DNA of 64,000 nucleotides from NCBI RefSeq assembly GCF_963921235.1, contig NC_086097.1, forward strand, positions 13,702,001 through 13,766,000, in the 5' to 3' direction. Source of the DNA: Mobula hypostoma (Eukaryota). Positions 53,248 through 64,000 of the stretch are shown one piece after another; positions within the stretch are counted from its first letter, which is position 1; each line of letters begins with the position of its first letter. The position numbers were made by a program, and so were the translations under genes. Below the pieces are notes generated by a model. The model saw only the letters and a list, made by a program, of their open reading frames with translations. It was not told where the DNA came from and ran no database searches.

Positions 53248-53313
53248 CTATCTCTCCCTCTGTCACTCTCCCTATATCTATATCTGTTTCTGCCTCTGTC
53301 TCTCTCTCTCTCT
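53040..53313. repeat. (CT)n / CTGT compound microsatellite
   Basis: Directly visible. Confidence 0.95.
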
Positions 53314-54777
53314 CATACTGCTAGGGGCATGAAAAGCCCTTTTAAAGGTAAATAATTGAAATAATTAGTGAGATGGTCCAAGATACACAGGCTCCCCTTC
53401 AAGCTGGAGCTAAGGCGCTCTCCTTCTGTCAGTGTACAAATTATCCCCATATGTTGATGTCCATCGTTTTCAGCTATGATTTATTCATTATGCGTAGGAT
53501 CATGTGCCAAATGGCGCAGGCTGATTTCCTCGACAATAGTGCAGCCCCGTTGAAGCAAAATGCAAGTGTGAAGATTATCTGGATAATTAACCCTTTAAAG
53601 GTCAAGGTGCAGGATTTCACTGCTCAACTCTGCGGTGTGTTACCGCTTTAACTCTTTACTCACCGAAAGCAGATGGTGAACAAATTCTCACTGTGTTTGT
53701 TGTATTAAATATTTAAAGAAGTGCAGCTGATACTGAAAACGTGAATGAAAGATTTTACTATCTTTCGTTTCTGATTTTTACTCCCTTATTTTCTGAAATT
53801 TGGCGTTTGGTGGTGTCTGGGATTTAGAACATGTTACATAGAACATGACAATTACAGTACAGGTCTTTCAGCACACAATGTTGTACCTACCTTTTACCCT
53901 ACTCTAAGATCAATCTAACTCTTTACTCCTACATAGCCCTCTATTTTTTTCTATCATCCATTGGCCTATTGAAGAGTCTCTTAAATGTCCTGAGTGTATT
54001 GGCTTCTACCACCACCCCTGACAGAGCGTTCCACTCTCCCACCACTCTCCGTGTATAAACTTACCTCTGAAGTTCGCCCTATACTTTCATCCAATTACCT
54101 TAAAATTATGCTCCCTCATATTAACTACTTCCACTCTCGGAAAATGTCCACTCTCACTATGCCTCTTATCATCTTGTATGCCTCTATTAAGTTCATTACT
54201 TATCCTCCTTCACTCCAAACCTATGATATCAAGTTATTGACTCCCCTACTCTAAAAGAAAAACACTGTGTCTATTCACCCTATATAAGCCCCTAGGATTT
54301 TGTAAACCTCTATAAGGTCACATATCAACCTCCTTCTTTCCGGGGTTAAAAGACCCAGCCTATTCAATCCTTGCTTTTAACTCAAACTTCCAGTCCCAGT
54401 AGCATCCTTGTGAATGCTTACTGCATGCTTTCCAGCTTAACGATATCATTCCTACAGCTAGGTGAGCAGAAAAGCATATAATTATTCCATGTGTGGCATT
54501 ATCCACATCTTGTTATTTGCTGTATTCAATGTCCTAACCGACGAAGGCAAGCATGTCAAATGTCTTCCTCGCTACCCGGTCTACCTCTCTCACCTCTTTC
54601 AGGGTACCCCCATGTCCGTCTGCTCCATAACACTCCCCAGGACACTGCTACTTACTGTGCACGTTCTGCCCTGGCTTAACTTGAGAACATGCATCACTTT
54701 GCACTTGTTAATTTCCAAAAGCAGTATCAATGCCCTGACTAATATTTCTGAACTCTGACTTGGCCTAAAGTTAAATA

Positions 54778-54985
54778 TTTTTATTTATTTAGAGATACAG
54801 CAGTATAACAGGCCCTTCTGGCCAACAAGCTCGCGCTGCCCAATTACACCCATGTGACCAATTAATCTACTAAACTACACGCCATCACAGGGAGAACGTA
54901 CAAACTCCTTACAGATGCAGTGGGAATTGAACTCGTGTTGCTGGCACTGTAATAGAGTTATGCTAACCACTATACTACTGTGTCA
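54778..54985 (-). mobile_element. V-SINE, internally deleted
   Basis: Same family as 3222-3483; head 'acagtagtatagtggttagcat'. Confidence 0.75.
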
Positions 54986-55289
54986 CCCAAATATGGGACT
55001 TTCCATATTACGTGACGTTCCAGCTCATTAACTAAAACATTCAGTTCCGTAAATGCTAAACCTAAACCATTCTTTCAGCTTAGGAGACAAGAGTGTCTTG
55101 ATTAGAAAGTTACATAGCTCACTGAGAAAGCATACTTTGTGTCCCTGTTTAAATGTGTAGTGGTGGACTTGTCTCATTGGAGAAACAACCATCCAAAGTG
55201 GTTTCCCAATTCAAACAGATTTAGGAACATCTACAAAATGTTATGGAAGTTGGCTAATTTTAACATCAGTTAAGGTTAGATACTTGTAT

Positions 55290-55541
55290 ACACGAGAAAA
55301 TCTGCAGATGCTGGAAACCCAAGCAACACATATAAAATGCTGGTAGAACACAGCAGGCCAGGCAGCATCTATAGGAAGAGGTACAGTCGACGTTTCGGGC
55401 TGAGACTCTTCGTCAGGACTAGCTGAAATCTCTTCTTTCAGTCAGTCCTGACGAAGGGTCTCAGCCCCAAACGTCGACTGTACCGCTTCCTATAGATGCT
55501 GCCTGGCCTGCTGTGTTCTACCAGCATTTTGTGTGTGTTGC
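55290..55541. mobile_element. Complete PLE-derived palindrome with two oppositely oriented HHR motifs
   Basis: Arms 55323-55428 and 55436-55541; HHR motifs at 55384-55421 (-) and 55443-55480 (+); 14-bp TSD (1 mismatch) at 55276-55289 and 55542-55555. Confidence 0.9.
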
Positions 55542-55640
55542 TTAGATATTTGTATGTTCCCTCAGCAGGTTGAAAGAATCATTGGAGGCATCAATGCCAT
55601 AAGACATAGGAGTACAGTTAGGCTATTTAACTCATTAAGT

Positions 55641-55950
55641 GGGCACATGGGCAAGTGGCATTGGACTAGTGACCTGAAGGTCGTGAGTTTGAGCCCCAGC
55701 TGAGGCAACGTGTTGTGTCCTTGAGCAAGGCACTTAATCACACATTGCTCTGCGACGACACTGGTGCCAAGCTGTATGGGTCTTAATGCCCTTCCCTCGG
55801 ACAACATTGGTGTCGTGGAGAGGGGAGACTTGCAGCATGGGCAACTGCTGGTCTTCCATACAACCCTGTCCAGGCCTGCGCCCTGGAGAGTGAAGACTTT
55901 CCAGGCGCAGATCCAAGGTCTCGCAAGACTAACGGATGTCTTTAAAAAAA
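55641..55950 (+). mobile_element. tRNA-derived SINE nested in a CR1 3' end
   Basis: Head 'gggcacatgggcaagtgg...gagtttgagcccc', core-like 'tccttgagcaaggcacttaa', A tail, AAGT TSD. Confidence 0.75.
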
Positions 55951-56369
55951 AAGTCTGCTCCACCATTTGATCATGACTGATTTATTTTCTTGTTCAACCC
56001 CATTCTCCTGTCTTCCCCCCATAACCTTTGAGGTCCTTACTAATCAAGAAACAATTCTTCACTAATTTACTAACTAATCGATTAGGCCTCCTGCTCCCAA
56101 AAGAGACAAACCTATCCTGTATGGTGGAGTACAATGAGCGTTAATAAGCCAATTGCATCATCTTCATCTTCTATTCTCAGTTGTCTTGCTGGTTTCATCC
56201 TGGTTTACACTTTTCCCAGTTCCCATCTTCCTTACTTCACCTCCCAGACATACTTCCAGAGAAAATACTTCAGGGAAAAATTATGCATACATGACTCTCA
56301 TGACCAACAATGTCATTTAATTCTGTTTGTCAATATATTATAGACATAAAATGGAGGTTCATGAGTCAG

Positions 56370-57120
56370 TTCTCATTGGGGGATCTGAGTTGGAGAGGCC
56401 GAACACATAGGTGGAATTATGAAGAAAGCATGGCAGAGACTCTACTTCCTTAGAAATTTACAAAGATTCAGCATGACATCTAAAACTTCGACAAACTTCT
56501 ACAGCTGTGTGGTGGAGAGTATATTGACTGGCTGCATCATAGTCTGGTATGGAAACACCAATTCCCTTGATCAGAAAATCTACAAAAAGTAGTGGATAGG
56601 GTCCAGTCCTTCATGGGTAAAGCCCTCCCCACTACTAAGCACGTCTAGATGGAGTAATATCTCAGCATCCATCATCAGAGTCCCCCACCACCTCTCTTCT
56701 CACTCTTGTCATCAGGAAGAAGATACAGGAGCCTTAAGACTCACACCACCAGGTTCAGGAACAGTTATTGCCCCTCAACCAGCTCTTGAACCAAAGGGGG
56801 ATAAGTTCACTCACCCGATCACTGAAATGTCTCCACAACCAATGAATTCACGTTCAAGGACTCTTCAGCTCATCTTCTTAATATAGATTGCTTATTTACT
56901 TATTGTTATTACTATTTCTTTTTTTCTTCCTCTTTTTATTTGCACAGTGTGGTGTCTTTTGCACAGTGTTTGTCTGTCCTGTTGATGCAGCCTTTCATTG
57001 ATTGTATTATAATTTTTGAATTTATTGCATATGCCCGCAAGAAAATGTAACTCAATGTTGTATGTGGTGACATCTATGTACTTTGGTAATAAATTTACTT
57101 TGAACTTTGAATTTTTGAAC
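56370..57120 (+). mobile_element. Rex1/Babar-like LINE 3' fragment
   Basis: 'ggagagtatattgactggctgcatc' and 'ggttcaggaacagttattgcccctcaacc'; (TTTGAAC)n tail. Confidence 0.75.
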
Positions 57121-58769
57121 ATTTAAGAGGCATTTAGACAGCTTTGTGAATAGGCAGAGAGTGGATCGATATAGCCTGTGGGCAGGTAGGTGGAGCTGGA
57201 TTAAGTTGACATCATGATCAGCACGTTCTGTAGGCTGAAAAGCCTATGTCTTCGTTCTGCTGTTCCATTTTCTGTTATGTGTTCATAGACAGAGCAAATG
57301 GAATCTTTTGTCACTTGGAGAGTGTCAAAAAGGTTTATGATGAGAGGGAGAAGGTTTAGAAGGGATTTTGAGGTGGAAGATTCCCATATGGGGATCTTCA
57401 ACTCACTGTCGCAGGACATGGTGGAGGCACGTACATTTAAAGTATTTGATAATAATAATCCAGTATGTATACATTATACAACCTTGAGATTCATCAGCCA
57501 CAAAACAAATAAATCTGAGCCAATTAAAAAAGCAAATCATGCAAACAATAAAGACAAGCAAATAGCATTCTGAACTGGTCCACAAGGAGAGTTCATACAT
57601 GGACTTTAGTTCAGCGCAGAACCAAGTAAACCTCACTGAGGAGTGAGCTGAACCAGCTCGTCCTTTGCCTCTTGCGCTGATTTGCCAGTCGTGCTCTGCA
57701 CCCAATTCCACTTCATAGCCGTGATGCTCTGTGAACATAACCTGACAGTAGTCCGGAGCACTGGTTGACACTTGTAGATTACCCTCACCTCCATCTTCCT
57801 ATCAGCTAATAGAAACTGGACAGCTGCAAGAGGCAGATATGCTCACACAAACAGTGATTAACCATTAGCTTTGACACATGTACATCGAAACATCGAAATA
57901 TGCAGTGAAATGCGCCATTCCAATCAACGACCAGCACAGTCCAAGGATTGTGCTGGGGGCAGCCTGCACGTGTGACCACTCTCCTGGCACCAAAATCGGA
58001 TACCCATAACTCTTCACCATGCATCTTTGGAATGCGGGAGGAAACCGAAGCACCAGGAGGAAAGCCGTGTGGTCATAGAGAGAATGTACAAACTTATTCC
58101 AGATATCAATAGGAATTTAAACCCAGTCAGTGATCAGTGAGCACTGGTGTTGTAAAAGTTGCAGTAACTGCTATGCCTCCATGCTTTGGTGGGGCAGCAG
58201 AGGGAAGGTCAAAGCTTAGGTATGGACTGCCAGACATGACTCCGTTCAATGCCATTGAATCCTAGAGCTAAAAGACACTGAAACAGACCCTTCAGCCCAC
58301 CACAGACATTAGGACCATTGAGTTCCCACCTATTTACCAATACTTGGTCCACAGCATTCTGTGCCTGGGCAATTCAAGTGCTGCCTATATTCATATGCTA
58401 TGAAAATATCTGTCTTCACCAGTTCCTCAGGCAGGGTTTTCCAAATTCCATCCATTCTCTGGGTGAGAAAACTTCTTCTTCAACTCCCCTCTGAATATCT
58501 CTCCCCTTCAACTGAGTGTACACCCTTGTGTTTTACACGTCTCAGCTGTGGGGACAAACTGTCCTTGTTGCTATCCTATCTATGCCCCTTATAATTATGC
58601 ACATTCCCACTGGCTCCCTATTCAGTTTCTGTTTGCAAAGCAGGTTTGATGGTTTTCGAAGATTTTTTCTTCGGGTCCTTTGCACAGTTTGCACGTACTT
58701 ATCAAAGCACATAGATCTGCACCCTGGACATTACCTGCCTCCTGCCAGAATTACGACTTCATTATCACA

Positions 58770-58970
58770 CAAGAGATTCTGCAGATGCTTGAAATCCAGA
58801 CTAAGATATGCAAAATGCTGGAGGAACTCAACAGGTCAGGCAGCATCTATGGAAAAAAATAAAGAGTCTACATTTCAGGCCAAGACCCTGAAAAGAAAGA
58901 TCTCGGCTGGAAACGTCGACTCTTTATTCCTTTCCATCAATGCTACCTAACCTGCTGAGTTCCTCTGGCG
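58770..58970. mobile_element. Older PLE-derived palindromic element
   Basis: 'cacaagagattctgcagatgc...ggaaacgtcgactc...ctgctgagttcctc'. Confidence 0.7.
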
Positions 58971-60159
58971 CTTCTATAGGTTACTGTGAATTACAACCTC
59001 CCTAGTTTCAAAGGGAAAGCAAAAGAGGGACAGCTTCTAATTTGCTGAGCCCTCTCAGCCAAGCGAGTGGAACATTTCAAGTAGTTTCATAAAAATCTAA
59101 GGAAACATTAAGTTAGATAATAACTGAAACAAAAGAGAAGGAGAAAATAAATACAACAGCATATGTAGATCTCACCAACGGGTACTTGACATCCGTCCAA
59201 ACTTATGTCACGGAGCACAGAAGGAGCTGCTATATAAAACTTTGGTGTGAAACATGCCCCTAGTTAATATAGATCAGCTGTTTCCATTGTTCAAGAAGTA
59301 AAAAGAGCAATAAAATAAAGAAAACAGATGACATACAGGAAGAGAATTATAGTTATGGAAGGTGTGATAGGTTTGCTACTTTTAATGAGATAAAGAGTTG
59401 TGTGAAATGCGCCTGATATAGGTAGGTTAGTAACCCTGAGGAGACTGCACTTCCAGGGAGCATGTAGTTCAGAGCTGGGATCTAAATATAGCATGCGTGT
59501 CAGATTCAGCGTTACGAACATATTGCTATTATTTCAAGAAGATCTCTCTCGGTCTGTTGTGATGGAATCTTCAATTAGCTTGTTGGCTTTTGAATAGCTG
59601 GAGTCAAATCATCTTCAGATTGTTGCCTGGTCTCTCGTTGCTTCAGGACTGCAGATCAAGCCGATCAAAACTCACATCATTCCTCCCACCCAACAAAAAA
59701 ATTTTACTTTCCACTCTTTGACATCTAAGTTATGAAGTACAGTCATGGGTTTTAATCATAGAGCATCATAACAATTCCTTCCTCATGCTGAATCATCATA
59801 AATAAAAACATTTATCATGATCTTCCTGGACACTAGGAAACCATGCGCTGTCTCTTTGAAGAAGCTACTCCATTAGTCCTACTATTCTGACCTTCATCTA
59901 AGATAATACTCAATTCTTTTAAAATTTAATTTCTTTTTTTTGACGACCACCTTTTCAGGCGAAGGCCTTTTAGGAATCACAGCACACCTTCCACCTCAGT
60001 ATCCAATCCTCCTCTATAAACATTGGGTAGGTTTCTGTGCCTGTTCAGTCAGTGAGGTGCAAACCAGCTTCTGCATCTACATTCTTTCCAATGTAAAGCA
60101 CTTACAAACCAGGTTCGGTGCATGGGATACGTTCCATTGATCTGAACTGGACAACACAG

Positions 60160-60774
60160 ATCAGGTTTAATATCATAGGTATATGTCGTGAAATTTGTTG
60201 TTTTGCAGAAGCATTACAGTGCAATACATAATAAAACTAAACTACAATAATAAATATAAATAGAAACTTAAATATGCAGTGCAAAACAGAAAGCAAAACA
60301 AGAAAAAATATAGTGAGGTAGTGTACATGGATACATTGTCCATTCAAAAATCTGATGGTGGTTGGGAAGAAACTGTTCCTAAACTGTTGTAAGTGTGTCT
60401 TCAGGCTCCTATACCTCCTCCTTGACAGTAGCAACGAGAAGAGAACATGTCCTGGGTGATGTAGGTACTTAATGGTCGATACCAGCTTTCTGAGGCATTG
60501 TCTTTTGAAGATGTCCTCAATGGCCATTATGGAGTTGGCCAAGTTTGCATCTTTCTACAGTTTCTTCCAAACCTGTGCAGTGGTCCGTCCATACCAGATG
60601 GTGATGCAACCAGTTAGAATGCTCTCCAATGTACATCTGCAGAAATTTGCAAGTGTCTTGGCCTTTGGTGACATTCCAATTCTCTTCAAACTCCAAATAA
60701 ATATACCTGTTGTTGCAATTGCATCAATGTTTTAGGCCCCGGATAGAACTTCAGAGATGTTGACACCCAGAAAT
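60160..60774 (-). mobile_element. Rex1/Babar-like LINE fragment, continuing at about 63755-63915 past the CR1 insertion
   Basis: 'HHPGHVLFSLLLSRRRYRSLKTHLQQFRNSFFPTTIRFLN'; the continuation matches 33960-34065. Confidence 0.8.
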
Positions 60775-63754
60775 ATAGAAACATAGAAACAGCACAATAC
60801 AGGCCATTTGGCCCACGGAGTTGTGCCGAACATGTCCCTACCTTAGAAATTACTAGATTTACCTGTAGCCCTCTATTTTACTAAACTCCATGTACCTATC
60901 TAAAAGTCTCTTAAAAGACCCTATCGTATCCACCTCCACCACCGTTGCCGGCAGCCCATTCCACGCACTCACCACTCTCTGAGTAAAAAACTTACGCCTG
61001 ATACCTCCTCTGTTCCTACTCCTGAGCACCTTAAACCTGTGTCTTCTTGTGACAACAATTTCAGCCCTGGAAAAAAGCTGCTGACTATCCACATGATCAA
61101 TGCCTCTCATCATCTTATACACCTCTATCAGGTCACCTCTCATCCTCCGTTGCTCCAAGGAGAAAAGGCTGAGTTCACTCAACCTATTCTCATAAGGTAT
61201 GCTCCCCAATCCAGGCAACACCGTTGTAAATCTCCTCTGCACCCTTTCTATGGCTTCCACATCCTTCCTGTAGTGAGGCGACCAGATTTGAGCACAGTAC
61301 TCCAAGTGTGGTCTGACAACGGTCCTATATAGCTGCAACATTACCTCTCAGCTCCTAAATTCAATTCCACGATTGATGAAGGGCAATACACCATACACCT
61401 TCTTAACCACAGAGTCAACCTGCGCAGCTGCTTTGAGCGTCCTATGGACTCAGACCCCAAGGTCCCTCCGATCCTCCACACTGCCAAGAGTCTTACCATT
61501 AATACTATATTCTGTCATCATATTTGACCTACCAAAATGAACCACTTCACACTTATCTGGGTTGAACTCCATCTGTCACTTCTCAGCCCAGTTTTGCATC
61601 CTATCAATGTCCCGCTGTAACCTCTGACAGCCCTCCACACTATCCACAACACCTCCAACCTTTGTGTCATCAGCAAATTTACTAATCCATCTCTCCGCTT
61701 CCTCAATCAGGTCATTTATAAAAATCACGAAGTGTAGGGGTCCCAGAACAGATCCCTGAGGCACTCCACTGCTGATCGACCTCCATGCAGAATATGACCC
61801 GTCTACAACCACTCTTTGCCTTCTGTGGGCAAGCCAGTTCTGGATCCACAAAGCAATGTCCCTTTGGATCCCATGCCTCCTTATTTTCTCAATAAGCCTT
61901 GCATGGGGTACCTTATCAAATGCCTTGCTGAAAACCATATACTCTAGATCTACTGCTCTACCTTCATCAATGTGTTTAGTCATATCCTCAAAAAATTCAA
62001 TCAGGCTTGTAAGGCATGACCTTCCCTTCACAAAGCCATGCTGACTTCTCCTAATTATATTATACATCTCCAAATGTTCATAAATCCTGCCTGTCAGGAT
62101 CTTCCCCATCAACTTGCCAACCACTGAGGTAAGACTCACTGTTCTATAATTTCCTGGGCTATCTCTACACCCTTTCTTGAATAAAGGAACAACATCTGCA
62201 ACCCTTCAATTCTCTGGAACCTCTCCCGTCCCCATTAATGATGCAAAGATCATCGCCAGAGGCTCAGCAATCTCCTCCCTTGCCTCCCACAGTAGCCTGG
62301 GGTACATCTCATCCAGTCCCGGTGACTTATCCAACCTGATGCTTTCCAAAAGCTCCAACACATCCTCTTTCTTAATATCTACATATCAAGCTTTTCAATC
62401 TGCTGCAAGTCATCACTGCAATCACCAAGATTCTTTTCCATAGTGAATACTGAAGTAAAGTATTCATTAAGTACCTCTGCTGTTTCCTCCGGTTCCATAC
62501 ACACTTCCCCACTGTCACAATTGATAGATCCTATTCTTTCACGTCTTATCCTCTTGCTCTTAATATACCTGTAGAACACCTTGGGGTTTTCTTTCATCCA
62601 GCCCGTGTTCTCATGGTCCCTTCCGGCTCTCCTAATTTCCTTCTTAAGTTCCTTCTTATTAGCCTTATAATTCTCTAGATCTCTAACATTACCTAGCTCC
62701 CTGAACCTTTTGTAAGCTTTTCTTTTCTTCTTCACTAGATTTATTACAGCCTTTGTACACCATGATTCCTGTACCCTACCATAACTCCCCTGTCTCATTG
62801 GAACATACCTATGCAGAACGCCACACAACTATCCCCTGAATATTTGCCACATTTCTTCTGTACTTTTCCCTGAGAGCACCTGTTTCCAATTTAAGCCTCC
62901 AATTTCCTGCCTGATAGCCTCGTAATTCCCCTTACTCCAATTAAATGCTTTTCTAACTTGTCTGTCCCTATCTCTCTCCAATGCTATTGTAAAGGAGATA
63001 GAATTATGATCACTATCTCCAAAATGCTCTCCCACTGAGAGATCTGACACCTGACCAGGTTCATTTCCCAATACCAAATCAAGTACAGACTCTCCTCTTG
63101 TAGGCTTATCTACATATTGTATCAAGAAACCTTCCTGAACACACCTAACAAACTCCATCCCATCTAAACCCCTTGCTCTAGGGAGATGCCAATCGGTATT
63201 TGGGAAAATAAAATCTCCCATCATGACAACTCCGTTATTATGACACCTTTCCAGGATCTGTTTCCCTATCTGCTCCTTCATATCCCTGTTACTATTGGGT
63301 GGCCTATAAAAAACACCCAGTAAAGTTATTGACTCCTTCCTGTTCCTAACATCCACCCACAGAGACTCCGTAGACAATCCCTCCATGGCGTCCTCCTTTT
63401 CGGCAGCAGTGACACTATTTCTGATCAACAGTGCCACGCCCCCACCTCTTTTGCCTCCCTCCCTGTCCTTTCTGAAACATCTAAAACCCGGCACTCGAAG
63501 TAACCATTCCCGTCCCTGAGCCATCCAAGTCTCTGTCATGGCCACCACATCATATCTCCAAGTACTGATCCACGCTCTAAGCTTATCCACTTTGTTCACA
63601 ACACTCCTTGCATTAAAACAGACACATCTCAAACCTTCGGTCTGAACGCGTCCTTTCTCTATGACCTGCCTATCCTCCCCCTCGCACTGTCTGCAAGCTT
63701 CCTCTATTTGTGAGCCAGCCTCCTCTCCCCCAGCCTCTTCAGTTCAGTTCTCAC
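60775..63754 (-). mobile_element. CR1 LINE with near-complete ORF2 (APE endonuclease plus RT), disrupted
   Basis: ORF segments 62829-63632, 62379-62828, 61576-62139 and 60859-61341; (TTTCTATG) tail. Confidence 0.95.
60859..63632 (-). pseudogene. CR1 ORF2 pseudogene
   Basis: CFNARSVVNK, TETW, YRPPN, GDSDHNSI (APE); FSKAFDKVPH, GVPQGSVLGP, FADDTK (RT); stops and frameshifts. Confidence 0.92.
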
Positions 63755-64000
63755 ATGAAGCTACTTACCTTTTCCGCTTCTGATCCTTCGATGAGGACTG
63801 GTGTGTGTTTCCTTGACTTCCCCTTGAAGTCCACAATCAAACCTTTGGACTTACTGACATTGAGTACAAGGTTGCTGCTGCAAAAGCACTAACCAGCTGA
63901 CCTATCTCAATCCTTTATCTAGCTTATAGTATATGGAACTTCCCTTTGCCCACCACAGTAGCTTAAACAAGAATTCACCTTTTCCAGGTTTCAGAGGGCA

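Noticed and set aside
52897..53355. 152-aa and 103-aa ORFs
   Set aside because: Translations of the (CT)n microsatellite.
1..64000. CRISPR array or prokaryotic/viral system
   Set aside because: No regularly spaced repeats or operon-like ORFs; the RTs and nucleases all belong to eukaryotic transposons.

Overview
Repeat-dense, apparently non-coding (intronic or intergenic) vertebrate DNA. The repeat content suggests a cartilaginous fish, probably a ray (inference): V-SINEs, CR1 LINEs, Rex1/Babar-like and RTE-related elements, Penelope-like elements (PLE) and Tc1 transposons. No host protein-coding exon was recognised, and every recognisable ORF is a transposon product. The most interesting signals are self-cleaving-ribozyme motifs in retroelements. 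(1) A family of minimal type-I hammerhead ribozyme (HHR) motifs lies in PLE 3' ends and in short palindromic PLE derivatives with 10-14 bp target-site duplications (TSDs); the stems covary between copies, and one PLE insertion ends exactly at the predicted cleavage site. (2) A 207-bp non-autonomous RTE-type element flanked by an 8-bp TSD starts exactly at a predicted twister ribozyme cleavage site. Also present: a complete but dead 1.6-kb IR/DR Tc1 transposon, a young CR1 family (4 copies), an almost complete CR1 ORF2, several ORF-less head-plus-tail retroelements, many nested insertions and a small local duplication. Family names come from motif recognition, not database searches, and boundaries of old fragments are approximate.
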